Positions 1-10,113 of a stretch of DNA of 64,000 bases are shown piece after piece. The stretch lies in the NCBI GenBank assembly GCA_038213805.1, contig JBBQSO010000022.1, positions 1-64,000 of the forward strand, written 5' to 3'. The stretch comes from Planctomycetota bacterium (GTDB lineage: Bacteria > Planctomycetota > UBA11346). How positions within the stretch are numbered: the stretch's first letter is position 1; each line of letters begins with the position of its first letter. A model generated the notes under the pieces. It did no database searches and was not told the origin of the DNA. It worked only from the letters and a program-made list of their open reading frames with translations. The translations under genes were made by a program, and so were the position numbers.

Positions 1-2
1 GG

Positions 3-692
3 GCGATCCCCGACCGCTTCTACGATCTCGGACTCGGGGCGCTTTGGCGCCACGTCGATGCGGACGGAACCATCTGGGGTGCGAGCGTCGCGCTCGGTTC
101 GGTCTCCGACCAGCCGCTGCGCGGGCGCAGCAGCGTGGCACTGAACACCACCACCTTCTGGCGCATCCCGAGCGGCCCGGAGCAGGCCTGGATCCTGTTC
201 GTCAACGAGGCCAGCGACCGCTCTTTCGCCAACTTCATCCCGATCCCGGGCGTCGCCTGGCAATACGACCATGGGCGCGAGCTCAACCTGCTGCTGGGCG
301 TGCCCTTCCTGTTCGCTCGCTGGGCGCCGAACGCATGGTTGTCGACCAGTGCCGGCGGCTCGATCTTCGGCAATGCCCGCATCGGTGCCGCGGTCGTCCC
401 CGCACCGGCCGCGGCCGCCTGGCTGTCGCTGACCGCCGACTACGTGTGGTCGACCGAGACCTGGCGGCGCGCCGACCGCAAGGACGTGCGCGACCGCATC
501 TTCGTGCGCGAGTCGCGCCTGCTCGGCGGGCTGACCGCGAACCTCGGCCCCCCGCTGCGCGCGACTCTGCAGTATGGCTGGGCCTTCGGTCGCCGCATCC
601 GTGAGGGCACCACCTGGAACCATGCCGATGGCAACGCCATCGAGGTGGCCGCGGGAGCGGTTCTCACCGCCGGGCTGACGTCCAGTTTCTGA
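3..692 (+). CDS. Putative outer-membrane beta-barrel protein (5'-truncated by window edge)
   Basis: The frame of ORF 135..692 stays open back to position 3. Alternating aromatic/hydrophobic beta-strand pattern and a C-terminal Phe (..AGLTSSF). Confidence 0.6.
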   Translation, partial: AIPDRFYDLGLGALWRHVDADGTIWGASVALGSVSDQPLRGRSSVALNTTTFWRIPSGPEQAWILFVNEASDRSFANFIPIPGVAWQYDHGRELNLLLGVPFLFARWAPNAWLSTSAGGSIFGNARIGAAVVPAPAAAAWLSLTADYVWSTETWRRADRKDVRDRIFVRESRLLGGLTANLGPPLRATLQYGWAFGRRIREGTTWNHADGNAIEVAAGAVLTAGLTSSF

Positions 693-739
693 GCCCGGGA
701 ACGCCTACACCCGGCGCGGGGCAGGTGACGCATACGACG

Positions 740-771
740 AAAAAACCCGGCGCGCGCACGCGCCGGGTTTT
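740..771. terminator. Bidirectional intrinsic terminator
   Basis: AAAAAACCCGGCGCG-cgca-CGCGCCGGGTTTT hairpin between convergent genes. Confidence 0.8.
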
Positions 772-812
772 CTCACATGCGGTACCCGGTGATAGCCGGG
801 ATGATACGACGC

Positions 813-1589
813 TCAGTGGACTGCGGCGTCCTGGCCCTCGAGCACCACCGGACCGCCATTGTTCTTCCAGCCGGTGAAGCCTTCGTTGTAGTGGCGGATG
901 TGCGGGTAGCCCAGCGCCTGGACCTGGGTGACGACCTCGCGCCAGTCGCCCGAGTCGAAACTGTCGCCATAGATGACAACCGGGCGTTCCTTGTGGTCGG
1001 GCAGGACGCGCGCCAGTTCGGACTTGTGCGCAGCGTAGTCGACAGCGCCGGGGAGGTGTCCCTTACGGAAGGCACTGCTTCCGCTGATGTCCAGCAGGAA
1101 GGGCTGCATGTCGGCGTCCTTATCGGCCATGAGCTTGGACAGCTCGTCCTTCGAGATGCTGGTGGAGTCAACCACGCCGCCGGCAACGACCACGGCGCCG
1201 TGATGGTCGGCCCAGCCGCGCATGCCTTCATTGTAGTGCTTGACGCTGGTATAGCCCATGGTGTTGAGCTGGTCCATCACGCCGCGCCAGTCACCACCGT
1301 CGAAGTCGGAACCGTAGACGACGATGGGCTTGGCGCGATCGCTGGGCAGCACGGTCGGCAGGTCATCCTTGTGCGCCTGGTAGTCGACTGCCGAGGCGAT
1401 GTGCTGCTCGCGGTAGTTGCTGGACCCGCTGATATCGAGCAGGGTGACACGATTGTCTTTCACCTGGCTGGCGAATTCGTCGTTCGAGACACTCGGGTAG
1501 GCGGCCTTCCCGGCGCGCTCACCGCAGCCGGTGAGAGCGAGAGTGGCGCAGGCGACGATGGCGCAGCAGGTGGCGGTCAGGTGGTTCAT
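813..1589 (-). CDS. Lipoprotein with two tandem rhodanese-like domains
   Basis: Start MNHLTATCC.. follows a GAGGA RBS; lipobox LTGC. Two repeats of LLDISG..HI/LxxA..IVVYG..LGYxx(V/I)xHYNEGxxGW. Confidence 0.8.
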   Translation of the reverse strand: MNHLTATCCAIVACATLALTGCGERAGKAAYPSVSNDEFASQVKDNRVTLLDISGSSNYREQHIASAVDYQAHKDDLPTVLPSDRAKPIVVYGSDFDGGDWRGVMDQLNTMGYTSVKHYNEGMRGWADHHGAVVVAGGVVDSTSISKDELSKLMADKDADMQPFLLDISGSSAFRKGHLPGAVDYAAHKSELARVLPDHKERPVVIYGDSFDSGDWREVVTQVQALGYPHIRHYNEGFTGWKNNGGPVVLEGQDAAVH

Positions 1590-1979
1590 GTGGTCCTCGC
1601 GTCGGAGTAATAGGAAAGGGGCAAGAATTTCTATCATAGCTGAGCGCTGCTCGTGCCAATCGCCCGATGCAGTGCGCGTGGTCGCCTGCATTAGCGGAGG
1701 TGGGACATCAAAACGCACGAAATGTGGTCGAAGCGCATAATTTGCAGCGCACGTGCTGAGACGTGGCTGGTGCGGCGCCGGGTGCTGCGATGTTCGTAGT
1801 AAAGGCTGACGAACGTCAAGTTGCACGGCCGACACCACCTCTGCACTGCAATTTCAACGTAGCTCCGTCGCATCGACCGATGACCGCGAGGTGGCGTAGC
1901 AGGGCGGATGGAGCCGGGGGAGCCGGGAAACGCTGGAGTGGGCCGCCTTGTGTGCAGGTCGCGGGCGCAACGACGATCC

Positions 1980-3083
1980 CTAGTCGTTGAGCGCGCGCTC
2001 CGCACGCGGGAAGCTGCCGAGCACTTCACAGGTCGAGGTGTGCCGTCCCAGCTCGGCGAGCGCTTCGCGGATCAGCGGCTCTTGCTGGTGGCCGAGCAGG
2101 TCGATGAAGAACAGGTACTCCCACGGGCGGCGTCGGCTGGGGCGGCTCTCGATGCGGCACAGGTTGATGCCGGAGCGGTGGAAGGGCAGCAGGCAGTCGT
2201 AGAGCGCGCCCGGACGGTCCTGCACGCCGAACATCAGACTGGTCTTGTCATTGCCCGAGGGCTTGGCGGCGCGCTCCGGCTTGGCGATGACCACGAATCG
2301 CGTGATGTTATTGGGGTTGTCCTGGATGTCGGACGCCAGGATCGGCAGGCCGCAATTGACGGCGGCCTCTTCCGGTCCGATCGCCGCGGCGTCCGCTTCC
2401 TGGGTGGCGCGCTCGGCAGCCTTGGTGGTCGAGACCAGCTCGACCAGCTCCGCGCCGGGCAGGTTCGCGGCCAGCCAGCTGCGACACTGCCCGAACACCG
2501 TGTGCCGGGAATAGACGCGCTTGATGCGATCACGCGAACAGGTCGCCATCAGGTGATGGCGGATCTTCAGGTGCAGCTCACTGACTATGCGCAGGTGGGT
2601 GGCCAGGAAGGAATCGATGGTGTCGGTGATCGAGCCGTCGGTGCTGTTCTCGATCGGCACCACGCCGTAGTCGGCGTGGCCGCGCTCGACCTCGGCGAAC
2701 ACCGTGGCAATGCCGTCGACCGGTGCATAGGTGACGCTGGCGCCGAACTTGAGGCGCGCGGCGAGGTGGGTGAAGGCGCCCGCCTGGCCGAAGTGGCAGA
2801 TGGTCAGCGGCTGTTCGAGGGCGAAGCTCGCCGACATGATCTCGCGCCAGATCGCGCGCAGCGCGCCTTCGGGCAGCGGACCGGGATTGAGGCCGGCGAT
2901 CTTGCGGAAGACCTCACTCTCGCGGTGCGGCACGAACACCGCGCCGCCCTGCGCGACCTTGGTCTGTCCGATGCGCTGGGCGCAGCGCGCGCGCTGCGAG
3001 AGCAGCTCGACCAGCTGGCGGTCGAGGGCGTCGATGCTCTGGCGCTCGGCGTCGAGGTCGGGGGGGGTGGCGGCGTCGGTCAT
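1980..3083 (-). CDS. pheA: Chorismate mutase/prephenate dehydratase (P-protein)
   Basis: N-terminal AroQ domain (RxxIDxLD), VVPIENS and NITRF motifs, ACT domain with IESRPS. Confidence 0.95.
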   Translation of the reverse strand: MTDAATPPDLDAERQSIDALDRQLVELLSQRARCAQRIGQTKVAQGGAVFVPHRESEVFRKIAGLNPGPLPEGALRAIWREIMSASFALEQPLTICHFGQAGAFTHLAARLKFGASVTYAPVDGIATVFAEVERGHADYGVVPIENSTDGSITDTIDSFLATHLRIVSELHLKIRHHLMATCSRDRIKRVYSRHTVFGQCRSWLAANLPGAELVELVSTTKAAERATQEADAAAIGPEEAAVNCGLPILASDIQDNPNNITRFVVIAKPERAAKPSGNDKTSLMFGVQDRPGALYDCLLPFHRSGINLCRIESRPSRRRPWEYLFFIDLLGHQQEPLIREALAELGRHTSTCEVLGSFPRAERALND

Positions 3084-3105
3084 GGCGGATTGGTACCGGC
3101 GGCGC

Positions 3106-3573
3106 TCAGTACGCGATCGCCTTGATCTTGTACTTCAACTTTCCGACCGGGGCGTCCACGATGATGGTCTCGCCGACCTTCTTGCCGATCAGCACCGTGC
3201 CCATCGGGCTGGAGGTCAGGATCTTGTTCTCGAGCGGGTCGTCCTCGCCCTCGCCGACCAGCTGCCAGTCCTCGACGCTCTTGTCCTTGAGGTCTTCGAG
3301 CCTGAGCTTCGCGCCGAAGGCGACGCGGTCGTGGTCGATCTGGCTCTCGTCCACGACCACGGCGCGGGACAGCTTGCTCTTGAGATCCTGGATGCGCGCG
3401 TTGATCATCGACATCTCTTCGCGCGCCGCGTGGTACTCGGCGTTCTCGCGCAGGTCGCCCTTCTCGCGCGCGTCGGCGATGGCCTTGGAGATGATCGGCA
3501 CGCGCGCCTGGAGCTCATCCAGCTCGCCCTGCATCTTGCGCTTGCCTTCGGCGGTCACTGGGATGCTGCTCAT
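3106..3573 (-). CDS. greA: Transcription elongation factor GreA
   Basis: GDLRENAEYHAARE motif and SPMG..LIGKKVG. Start trimmed to MSSIPVT. Confidence 0.95.
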   Translation of the reverse strand: MSSIPVTAEGKRKMQGELDELQARVPIISKAIADAREKGDLRENAEYHAAREEMSMINARIQDLKSKLSRAVVVDESQIDHDRVAFGAKLRLEDLKDKSVEDWQLVGEGEDDPLENKILTSSPMGTVLIGKKVGETIIVDAPVGKLKYKIKAIAY

Positions 3574-3613
3574 GGTTCCGTTCCCGGGCGCGATGTGGTG
3601 AAACGCAAAGACC

Positions 3614-3638
3614 AACGCAGGCCTGGCGGGCCTGCGTT
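3614..3638 (-). terminator. Hairpin between aroG and greA (possible weak terminator)
   Basis: AACGCAGGCC-tggcg-GGCCTGCGTT, followed by an imperfect T-rich tract on the minus strand. Confidence 0.4.
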
Positions 3639-3655
3639 CGGTCGTCGGAGAAGGC

Positions 3656-4720
<1,065 letters not shown>

Positions 4721-4756
4721 GGGGTGCTCGGCGGATCGATCGGGGCGGCGCCAACG

Positions 4757-4784
4757 GAAAACCCCTGGTCGTCCGACCAGGGGT
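4757..4784 (-). terminator. Attenuator terminator upstream of DAHP synthase
   Basis: Minus strand reads ACCCCTGGTC-ggac-GACCAGGGGT-TTT, about 40 nt before the aroG start. Confidence 0.8.
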
Positions 4785-4809
4785 ATGGCGAGCCGGGTCT
4801 GGCGCGTCC

Positions 4810-4860
4810 CTAGTCGGAGATGGCCGTGGGGATGAACCAGAAATAACGGGTCGTCTTCAT
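4810..4860 (-). CDS. Aromatic amino-acid attenuator leader peptide MKTTRYFWFIPTAISD
   Basis: 16-codon ORF with consecutive Tyr-Phe-Trp-Phe codons and an upstream GGAG. Its 3' end TCCGACTAGGG can pair with CCCTGGTCGGA in the terminator 5' arm (antiterminator). Confidence 0.8.
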   Translation of the reverse strand: MKTTRYFWFIPTAISD

Positions 4861-5111
4861 ACGACGCGAAGACTACTCCAGCAGCGACATCCCGCCAGGG
4901 GATTGTCAGTGCGGCTTGACGGCCCTGTATGGTTCAGGGCGGAAGGAGCTGGAATGGCGGTTTTACCAACCAGCAGCCAAGCATTTGGACCGATACGCTG
5001 TTTCGAGGCGTGGCACTTTTGCCATTCGCTTGCGCGGTCGGATTTTCGCCCGTCCAGCCCAATGAACTAGGCGACTTGGCGGTACGAATCGCCGCCACCA
5101 GCCACGCGACC

Positions 5112-6146
5112 TCAGCCGGCTTCGGCGGCCTCGGTGGGGCGGGCGCGGAAGCGCGCGCGCATGGCCTCGATGACCTTGGTCTCGACGCAGCGAGCAGCCT
5201 GGCGAAGGGCGTGGTAGACCGCGATGCGGTTGCTGCGCCCGTGGCCGATGATGGTCACGCCATCGACGCCCGCGAGCAGCACGCCGCCGACCAGGCTCCA
5301 ATGGGTGCGCCGGCGCAGGCCGTCGAAGGCGGGCTTCATCAGCTTGGCGCCGACCTTGGTGCGCATGCTGCTGTAGATCTCCTCCTTGAGGATGGTCACG
5401 ATCGCCTCGTAGACGCCTTCGCTGGCCTTGAGCACGACGTTGCCGGTGAAGCCGTCGCAGACTACGATGTCGACGTCGCCGGTGTAGATGTCGTGCCCCT
5501 CGACATTGCCGACCAGATTGAGGTTGGTGCGGCGCAGCAGCTCGAGCGTCTCCTGGGTCAGCTCGTCGCCTTTGCCGTCCTCGGATCCGATCGACAGCAC
5601 GCCGACGCTCGGGCGCTTGACACCCATCGCCACTTCGAGGAAGGCCGAGGACATTTCGGCGAACTGCGCGAGGTGCTCGGGCTTGCCCACGGCGTTGGCG
5701 CCGCAATCGCACAACCAGGTGTGGCGCTTCGGGGTGGGCAGCGGGGTGAGCAGCCCGGCACGCTTGACGCCGGGGATGCGACGCAGGTGGATCTGGGCCG
5801 CGGCCACGCTGCAGGCGGTGTTGCCGCACAGCACCATCGCATCCGCCTTGCCCTGCTTCACCAGCTGGGCCGAGCGGTTCATGCTGTCGCCCGGCTTGTC
5901 CTTGAGCGCCTGAATCTTATCAGCCATGCTGATGATGTCGGGCGCGTGCTCGATGCTGATGTTGGCCAGCTGTGCCGTCGCCGATTTCAACTCGGTGGCG
6001 AGGCAGGCGCGAATGTCGGCTTCACGGCCGACCAGCACGACCTCGTGGTCGGGGTGCTTGCGGGCGTAGTCGATCGCACCCTGCACCATCGCGCGGGGGG
6101 CGTCGTCGCCGCCCATGGCATCGAGGGCGAGGCGCATGTGCTTCAC
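5112..6146 (-). CDS. plsX: Phosphate acyltransferase PlsX
   Basis: ALDAMGGDDAP, DCGAN, GNVEG, VVCDGFTGNVVLK and IGHGRS motifs; lies downstream of rpmF. Confidence 0.95.
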   Translation of the reverse strand: MKHMRLALDAMGGDDAPRAMVQGAIDYARKHPDHEVVLVGREADIRACLATELKSATAQLANISIEHAPDIISMADKIQALKDKPGDSMNRSAQLVKQGKADAMVLCGNTACSVAAAQIHLRRIPGVKRAGLLTPLPTPKRHTWLCDCGANAVGKPEHLAQFAEMSSAFLEVAMGVKRPSVGVLSIGSEDGKGDELTQETLELLRRTNLNLVGNVEGHDIYTGDVDIVVCDGFTGNVVLKASEGVYEAIVTILKEEIYSSMRTKVGAKLMKPAFDGLRRRTHWSLVGGVLLAGVDGVTIIGHGRSNRIAVYHALRQAARCVETKVIEAMRARFRARPTEAAEAG

Positions 6147-6150
6147 GCTC

Positions 6151-6354
6151 TCAGGCGGTGGTGTCGCCGCCGGTCTCTTCCTCGCGGAAGAGCACCTGGC
6201 GACCGCGGTACATGCCGGTGCGCAGGTCGACGTGGTGCGGGCGATGGACGCTCTTGGTCTTGCTGTCGATCGAGATGCCCGGGGGCTTCAGGGCCTGGTG
6301 GGACTGGCGCATGCCCTTACGGCTGGGGCAGGTGCGACGCTTGGGAACAGCCAT
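6151..6354 (-). CDS. rpmF: 50S ribosomal protein L32
   Basis: [25 protein letters not shown]; conserved rpmF-plsX synteny. Confidence 0.95.
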   Translation of the reverse strand: MAVPKRRTCPSRKGMRQSHQALKPPGISIDSKTKSVHRPHHVDLRTGMYRGRQVLFREEETGGDTTA

Positions 6355-6401
6355 GATGACCTCTGGGGCTCGACATGATCGGGGGAACGAATGGGCGGGA
6401 C

Positions 6402-6430
6402 AAGCTAGAGGTGCAGGCCCATCGTGTCAA
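6402..6430 (-). promoter_or_regulatory. Sigma70-type promoter for rpmF-plsX
   Basis: Minus strand TTGACA-17 nt-TAGCTT, about 50 nt upstream of rpmF. Confidence 0.7.
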
Positions 6431-6625
6431 GCCCGTGGATGGCAAAGCCTAGCGACGCAAGCATCGGGTAGACACTAACCTGCATATAGAGTGTCGCCAG
6501 CGCTCCACAAGGCGTGGTCGCAGCGCAAACGACCCGGTTCTCGCACCGGGCGCCCACCGGAGTGCGGGCGGCTTGCTAGCCGGGTCGCGCCGGGAATGCT
6601 TTGCCCGCCGGAACGGGGTGCGGTG

Positions 6626-7669
6626 ATGACCAACGAGATGCAATCCTATATCAATGCCGGCCTGGGCCTGGCCGGCGGCCTGGTCCTGGGCCTCGGCCTG
6701 GAGATCATCGTCCTGGCCCGCCTGCGTGCCTGGGGTGAAGCGCGTGGGCATACCGGCTGGGACCAGGTGGTGCTCCAGGCCTTGCGCGGCGTCACCTTCT
6801 TCTGGTGCCTGATGGTGGGCGTGGCGGTGGGCGCCCATCTCGGCCCCTTCACCCCGGAGACCCTGACGTTGATCGGCCGCATCCAGCTGATCGCCGGCAC
6901 CGCATCGATCACCCTGGTCGTGGTGCGGCTCGCGACCGGGGGCATGGGCATCGCCACCAGCGGGCTGGCCGGCGCGCAGGCGACCTCCTCGATCCTCATC
7001 AATCTGGTGCGCCTGCTCATCTTCGGATTGGGCGCGCTGGTCATTTTGCAGTCGCAGGGGATTTCCATCACGCCGGTGCTGACCGCCCTTGGTGTCGGCG
7101 GTCTGGCGGTCGCCCTGGCCCTGCAAGACCCGCTCAGCAACCTCTTCGCCGGTCTGCAGATCCTCTCGGCCAAGAAAGTGCGCATCGGCAACATCGTCCG
7201 TCTCGACAGTGGCGACGAGGGCACGGTCACAGACATCTCTTGGCGTTACACCACGGTGGTCACCGGGTTGAACAACACCGTCCTGGTGCCCAACGCCAAA
7301 CTGGCCTCTGCGATCGTCACCAACTTCAGCATGCCTGATCACGAGGTGGTGGTGAATGTGGTGGTCGGGGTCGACTACGGCAGCGACCTCGAGCAGGTGG
7401 AGCAGGTCAGCCTGGCGGTCGCGTGCGAGGTCCAGCACGAGAGTGCCAACGCAGTACCCGGCCACGATCCGGTGATGCGCTTCAATGCTTTCGCCGACTC
7501 GGCGATCACCGCCACGATTTCGCTGCGCGCCAAGGACTTCGCCGACCAGGGCGCGCTCCGCCACGCCTTCATCAAGCGCCTGCACGCGCGCTACCGCAGC
7601 GAAGGCATCGCCATTGCCTTTCCCCAGAGCGTCGTGCACCTGCCGCCGCGCCGGCCGGCCGCGCCGTGA
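6626..7669 (+). CDS. mscS: Small-conductance mechanosensitive channel (MscS family)
   Basis: Several TM segments, ALGVGGLAVALALQDPLSNLFAG, GTVTDISWRYT, VPNAKL and GIAIAFPQ. Confidence 0.9.
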   Translation: MTNEMQSYINAGLGLAGGLVLGLGLEIIVLARLRAWGEARGHTGWDQVVLQALRGVTFFWCLMVGVAVGAHLGPFTPETLTLIGRIQLIAGTASITLVVVRLATGGMGIATSGLAGAQATSSILINLVRLLIFGLGALVILQSQGISITPVLTALGVGGLAVALALQDPLSNLFAGLQILSAKKVRIGNIVRLDSGDEGTVTDISWRYTTVVTGLNNTVLVPNAKLASAIVTNFSMPDHEVVVNVVVGVDYGSDLEQVEQVSLAVACEVQHESANAVPGHDPVMRFNAFADSAITATISLRAKDFADQGALRHAFIKRLHARYRSEGIAIAFPQSVVHLPPRRPAAP

Positions 7670-8685
7670 ACTCTGCGGACGCGCTGCGCTATTCCCGCCA
7701 GGTACGCTTCGCGCCGATCGGCGCCGCCGGGCAGCAGCGCCTGGCGCGCGCGCGCGTGCTGGTGCTGGGCTGCGGAGCGTTGGGCGCGGCAGTGGCGGAA
7801 CAGCTCTGCCGCGCTGGGGTGGGGGCACTGCGCCTGGTCGACCGCGACTTCGTCGAAGCCAGCAACCTGCAGCGCCAGTCGCTCTACGATGAGGAGGACG
7901 CGCGCCTGGCGCGGCCCAAGGCAGTGGCCGCCGCGGCGCGCCTGGCCCGGGTCAACGGTGCCTGCGCGCTCGAGGCGCTGGTCGCCGACGTGCAGGCGAC
8001 GAACATCGCGGAACTGCTCGCCGGGTGCGACCTGGCGGTCGACGGCACCGACAACTTCCCGACCCGACACCTGCTCAACGAGGCCTGCTGCCGCGCGCGC
8101 ATACCGTGGATCTACGGTGCGTGCGTTGGCGCCTACGGGGTGTCGTTGCCGATCGTGCCGGGCGAGACACCGTGCCTGCGCTGCCTGCAGGACGAGCTGC
8201 CCGCAGCCGGCGACAGCCCGACCTGCGACAGCGTCGGGATCATCGCCCCAGCGGTGCAGATGGTCGCGGCCTGGCAGGTCGCCGAGGCGCTCAAGCTGCT
8301 GGTCGGCGACCGTCCTGCAGTGCGCACGCAGCTGTGGGCCTCAGACCTGTGGGTGGGCACCTTCCAGCGCCTTGAGGTCGCCCACTGGCGGGATCCGCGC
8401 TGTTTGGCCTGTGGGCCGGCTCCCACGTATCCGCTGCTGAACGGCGGCGTCCCAGCGAGCGCGGTGCTGTGCGGACGCGATGCGGTGCAGGTGATGCGTG
8501 GCGCGGTCGACCTGGGGCGGCTGCGCGCGCAGCTTGGGCCGGCCCTGGTCATCGCCAACGAACACCTGGTGCGCTGGGCGGACGGAGACATCACCGCGAC
8601 CTGCTTCCGCGATGGGCGGGTGATCGTCCAGGGCGTCGCCGACGTGGCCGCGGCGCGCGCGTTTTGTGATCGCTGGCTGGGCTGA
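7666..8685 (+). CDS. ThiF/MoeB family adenylyltransferase
   Basis: RYSRQ, GCGALG, DRDFVEASNLQRQ, DGTDNF and two CxxC motifs. The GTG start overlaps the mscS stop. Confidence 0.9.
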   Translation: MNSADALRYSRQVRFAPIGAAGQQRLARARVLVLGCGALGAAVAEQLCRAGVGALRLVDRDFVEASNLQRQSLYDEEDARLARPKAVAAAARLARVNGACALEALVADVQATNIAELLAGCDLAVDGTDNFPTRHLLNEACCRARIPWIYGACVGAYGVSLPIVPGETPCLRCLQDELPAAGDSPTCDSVGIIAPAVQMVAAWQVAEALKLLVGDRPAVRTQLWASDLWVGTFQRLEVAHWRDPRCLACGPAPTYPLLNGGVPASAVLCGRDAVQVMRGAVDLGRLRAQLGPALVIANEHLVRWADGDITATCFRDGRVIVQGVADVAAARAFCDRWLG

Positions 8686-8747
8686 GGTGGCCGGTTGCTG
8701 TCTCATTCCTGACGGATCGTCAGCGAACGGGATCAGCCCGAGGGCCA

Positions 8748-8814
8748 TTCCTGGGACCGCGCGCCGCAGACGCGCTCAAGGGGTGAGCGCGCCAGCGGCG
8801 GGCGGTCCCAGGAA
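8748..8814. repeat. REP-like palindromic element, copy 1
   Basis: TTCCTGGGACCGCGCGCCGC...GCGGCGGGCGGTCCCAGGAA; similar copy at 50821-50888. Confidence 0.8.
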
Positions 8815-9014
8815 GGCTCCTGGCGATATGCGCGCGTCCATACGGCCTGCAGCCGCAGGGCTGTCTCCGGCCGGCGAACGGGAAATGCACGGAAACCGCG
8901 CAGCGTCCCAGCAGCACGGTTCAAGGAGTCGAGATTGCGGTATTGACCAGAACATCGTCCTGCGATGATCAACCGTGGTCGGATCTTCGCGAGTTGCAGC
9001 AGAGGAACCCATCC

Positions 9015-9365
9015 ATGCCGCTTTTCCCACGCCGCGCACCGCCTGCGGCACCCATCCCACTCGCGCCGACGCCCGCGCCCCAGAGCCGTCCCGTCACGCC
9101 GCCGCCCGGTCGTGCGGTCAACCCGCTCAGCCGCGCCGTGCATCCGCGCGAGCAGTATCCGCGCCACTTTGACTTCCTGATGCGCGACCTTTTCCAACGT
9201 GGCGAGCAACCGGAGCAGTGGCAGGTCATCGCCGCCGACGAGTCCCGCCTGGACGAGGACGGCATGGACATCGACTTCACCCTGCTGCGCACCGGGACTG
9301 ACGAGGTCCACCGTCGCCGCGTGGTGGTGCGCCAGGCGAAACTCGTCGCGATCACGGACTGTTGA
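9015..9365 (+). CDS. Hypothetical protein with Pro-rich N-terminus
   Basis: GAGGA RBS before MPLFPRR; typical GC-rich codon usage; ordered-looking C-terminal domain. Confidence 0.65.
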   Translation: MPLFPRRAPPAAPIPLAPTPAPQSRPVTPPPGRAVNPLSRAVHPREQYPRHFDFLMRDLFQRGEQPEQWQVIAADESRLDEDGMDIDFTLLRTGTDEVHRRRVVVRQAKLVAITDC

Positions 9366-9413
9366 GCAGCGGCACCGCAGAGGCGTCCTCGCTACGCGGC
9401 GGGGACCACGCCC

Positions 9414-10022
9414 TCACGCAGACGGGGGCAGCCCCACCGTGTCCTCGCTGACGCTGCCACCGGGCGGTGGCGGTGCGAGGCCTGCCGCGCTCGCGTGGTA
9501 CCAGCCATGCGCGGCGATCAGCTCGGCGACCGCGGGAGGGAGGAGACCGGCCAACGGCCCACCCGCGGCGATGCGCCCCTTCACCAGTGAACTCGACAGC
9601 GCAGGCAGGGCCGCGGGATCCTCGTCATAGCCGCGCCGGGGTACCGCGATGACCTGGATCAGGCGGCGCAGTTCTGCGCCGCGGTGCCAGTTGCCCAGAT
9701 CGGTCGCGGTGTCCGTCCCGCCAACCAGGAACCAGGCGTGGCCGGGGTGGCCGGCGCGCAGTGCCGTGAGCAGATCGAAGGTGTACCCCTGCGGGTTGCG
9801 CAGCTCATCATCGCAGAGTCGCACGAAACCTAATCCGGCAAAGGCTGCCTGGCAGAGTGCCCAGCGCTGCGCCCACGGCGCGATGGGTTTGGCATAGGCG
9901 TGGCGCGCCACGGGCATGACCCAGACCTCGTCGACGCCGCCCATGACCCGCGCGTAGGTCGCCGCCAGGACATGGCCGAGGTGGGGGGGGTCGAAGGAGC
10001 CACCAAAGAGGGCAATGCGCAT
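9414..10022 (-). CDS. nadD: Nicotinate-nucleotide adenylyltransferase
   Basis: IALFGGSFDPPHLGH, YTFD and LSSSLVK motifs. Confidence 0.92.
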   Translation of the reverse strand: MRIALFGGSFDPPHLGHVLAATYARVMGGVDEVWVMPVARHAYAKPIAPWAQRWALCQAAFAGLGFVRLCDDELRNPQGYTFDLLTALRAGHPGHAWFLVGGTDTATDLGNWHRGAELRRLIQVIAVPRRGYDEDPAALPALSSSLVKGRIAAGGPLAGLLPPAVAELIAAHGWYHASAAGLAPPPPGGSVSEDTVGLPPSA

Positions 10023-10113
10023 CAGAGCAATCCCGGTGGGCCGGAAGGACCTACTGATCCGCCATCAACCATCGCCGGCAAGTACTGCCAGGCCATCGCT
10101 GCGACGGGGCGCA

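Noticed and set aside
7666..8685. ThiF protein as part of a ubiquitin-like defence or RiPP system
   Set aside because: Looks like an ordinary MoeB/ThiF-type enzyme; no E2, JAB, ThiS-like or precursor gene adjacent.
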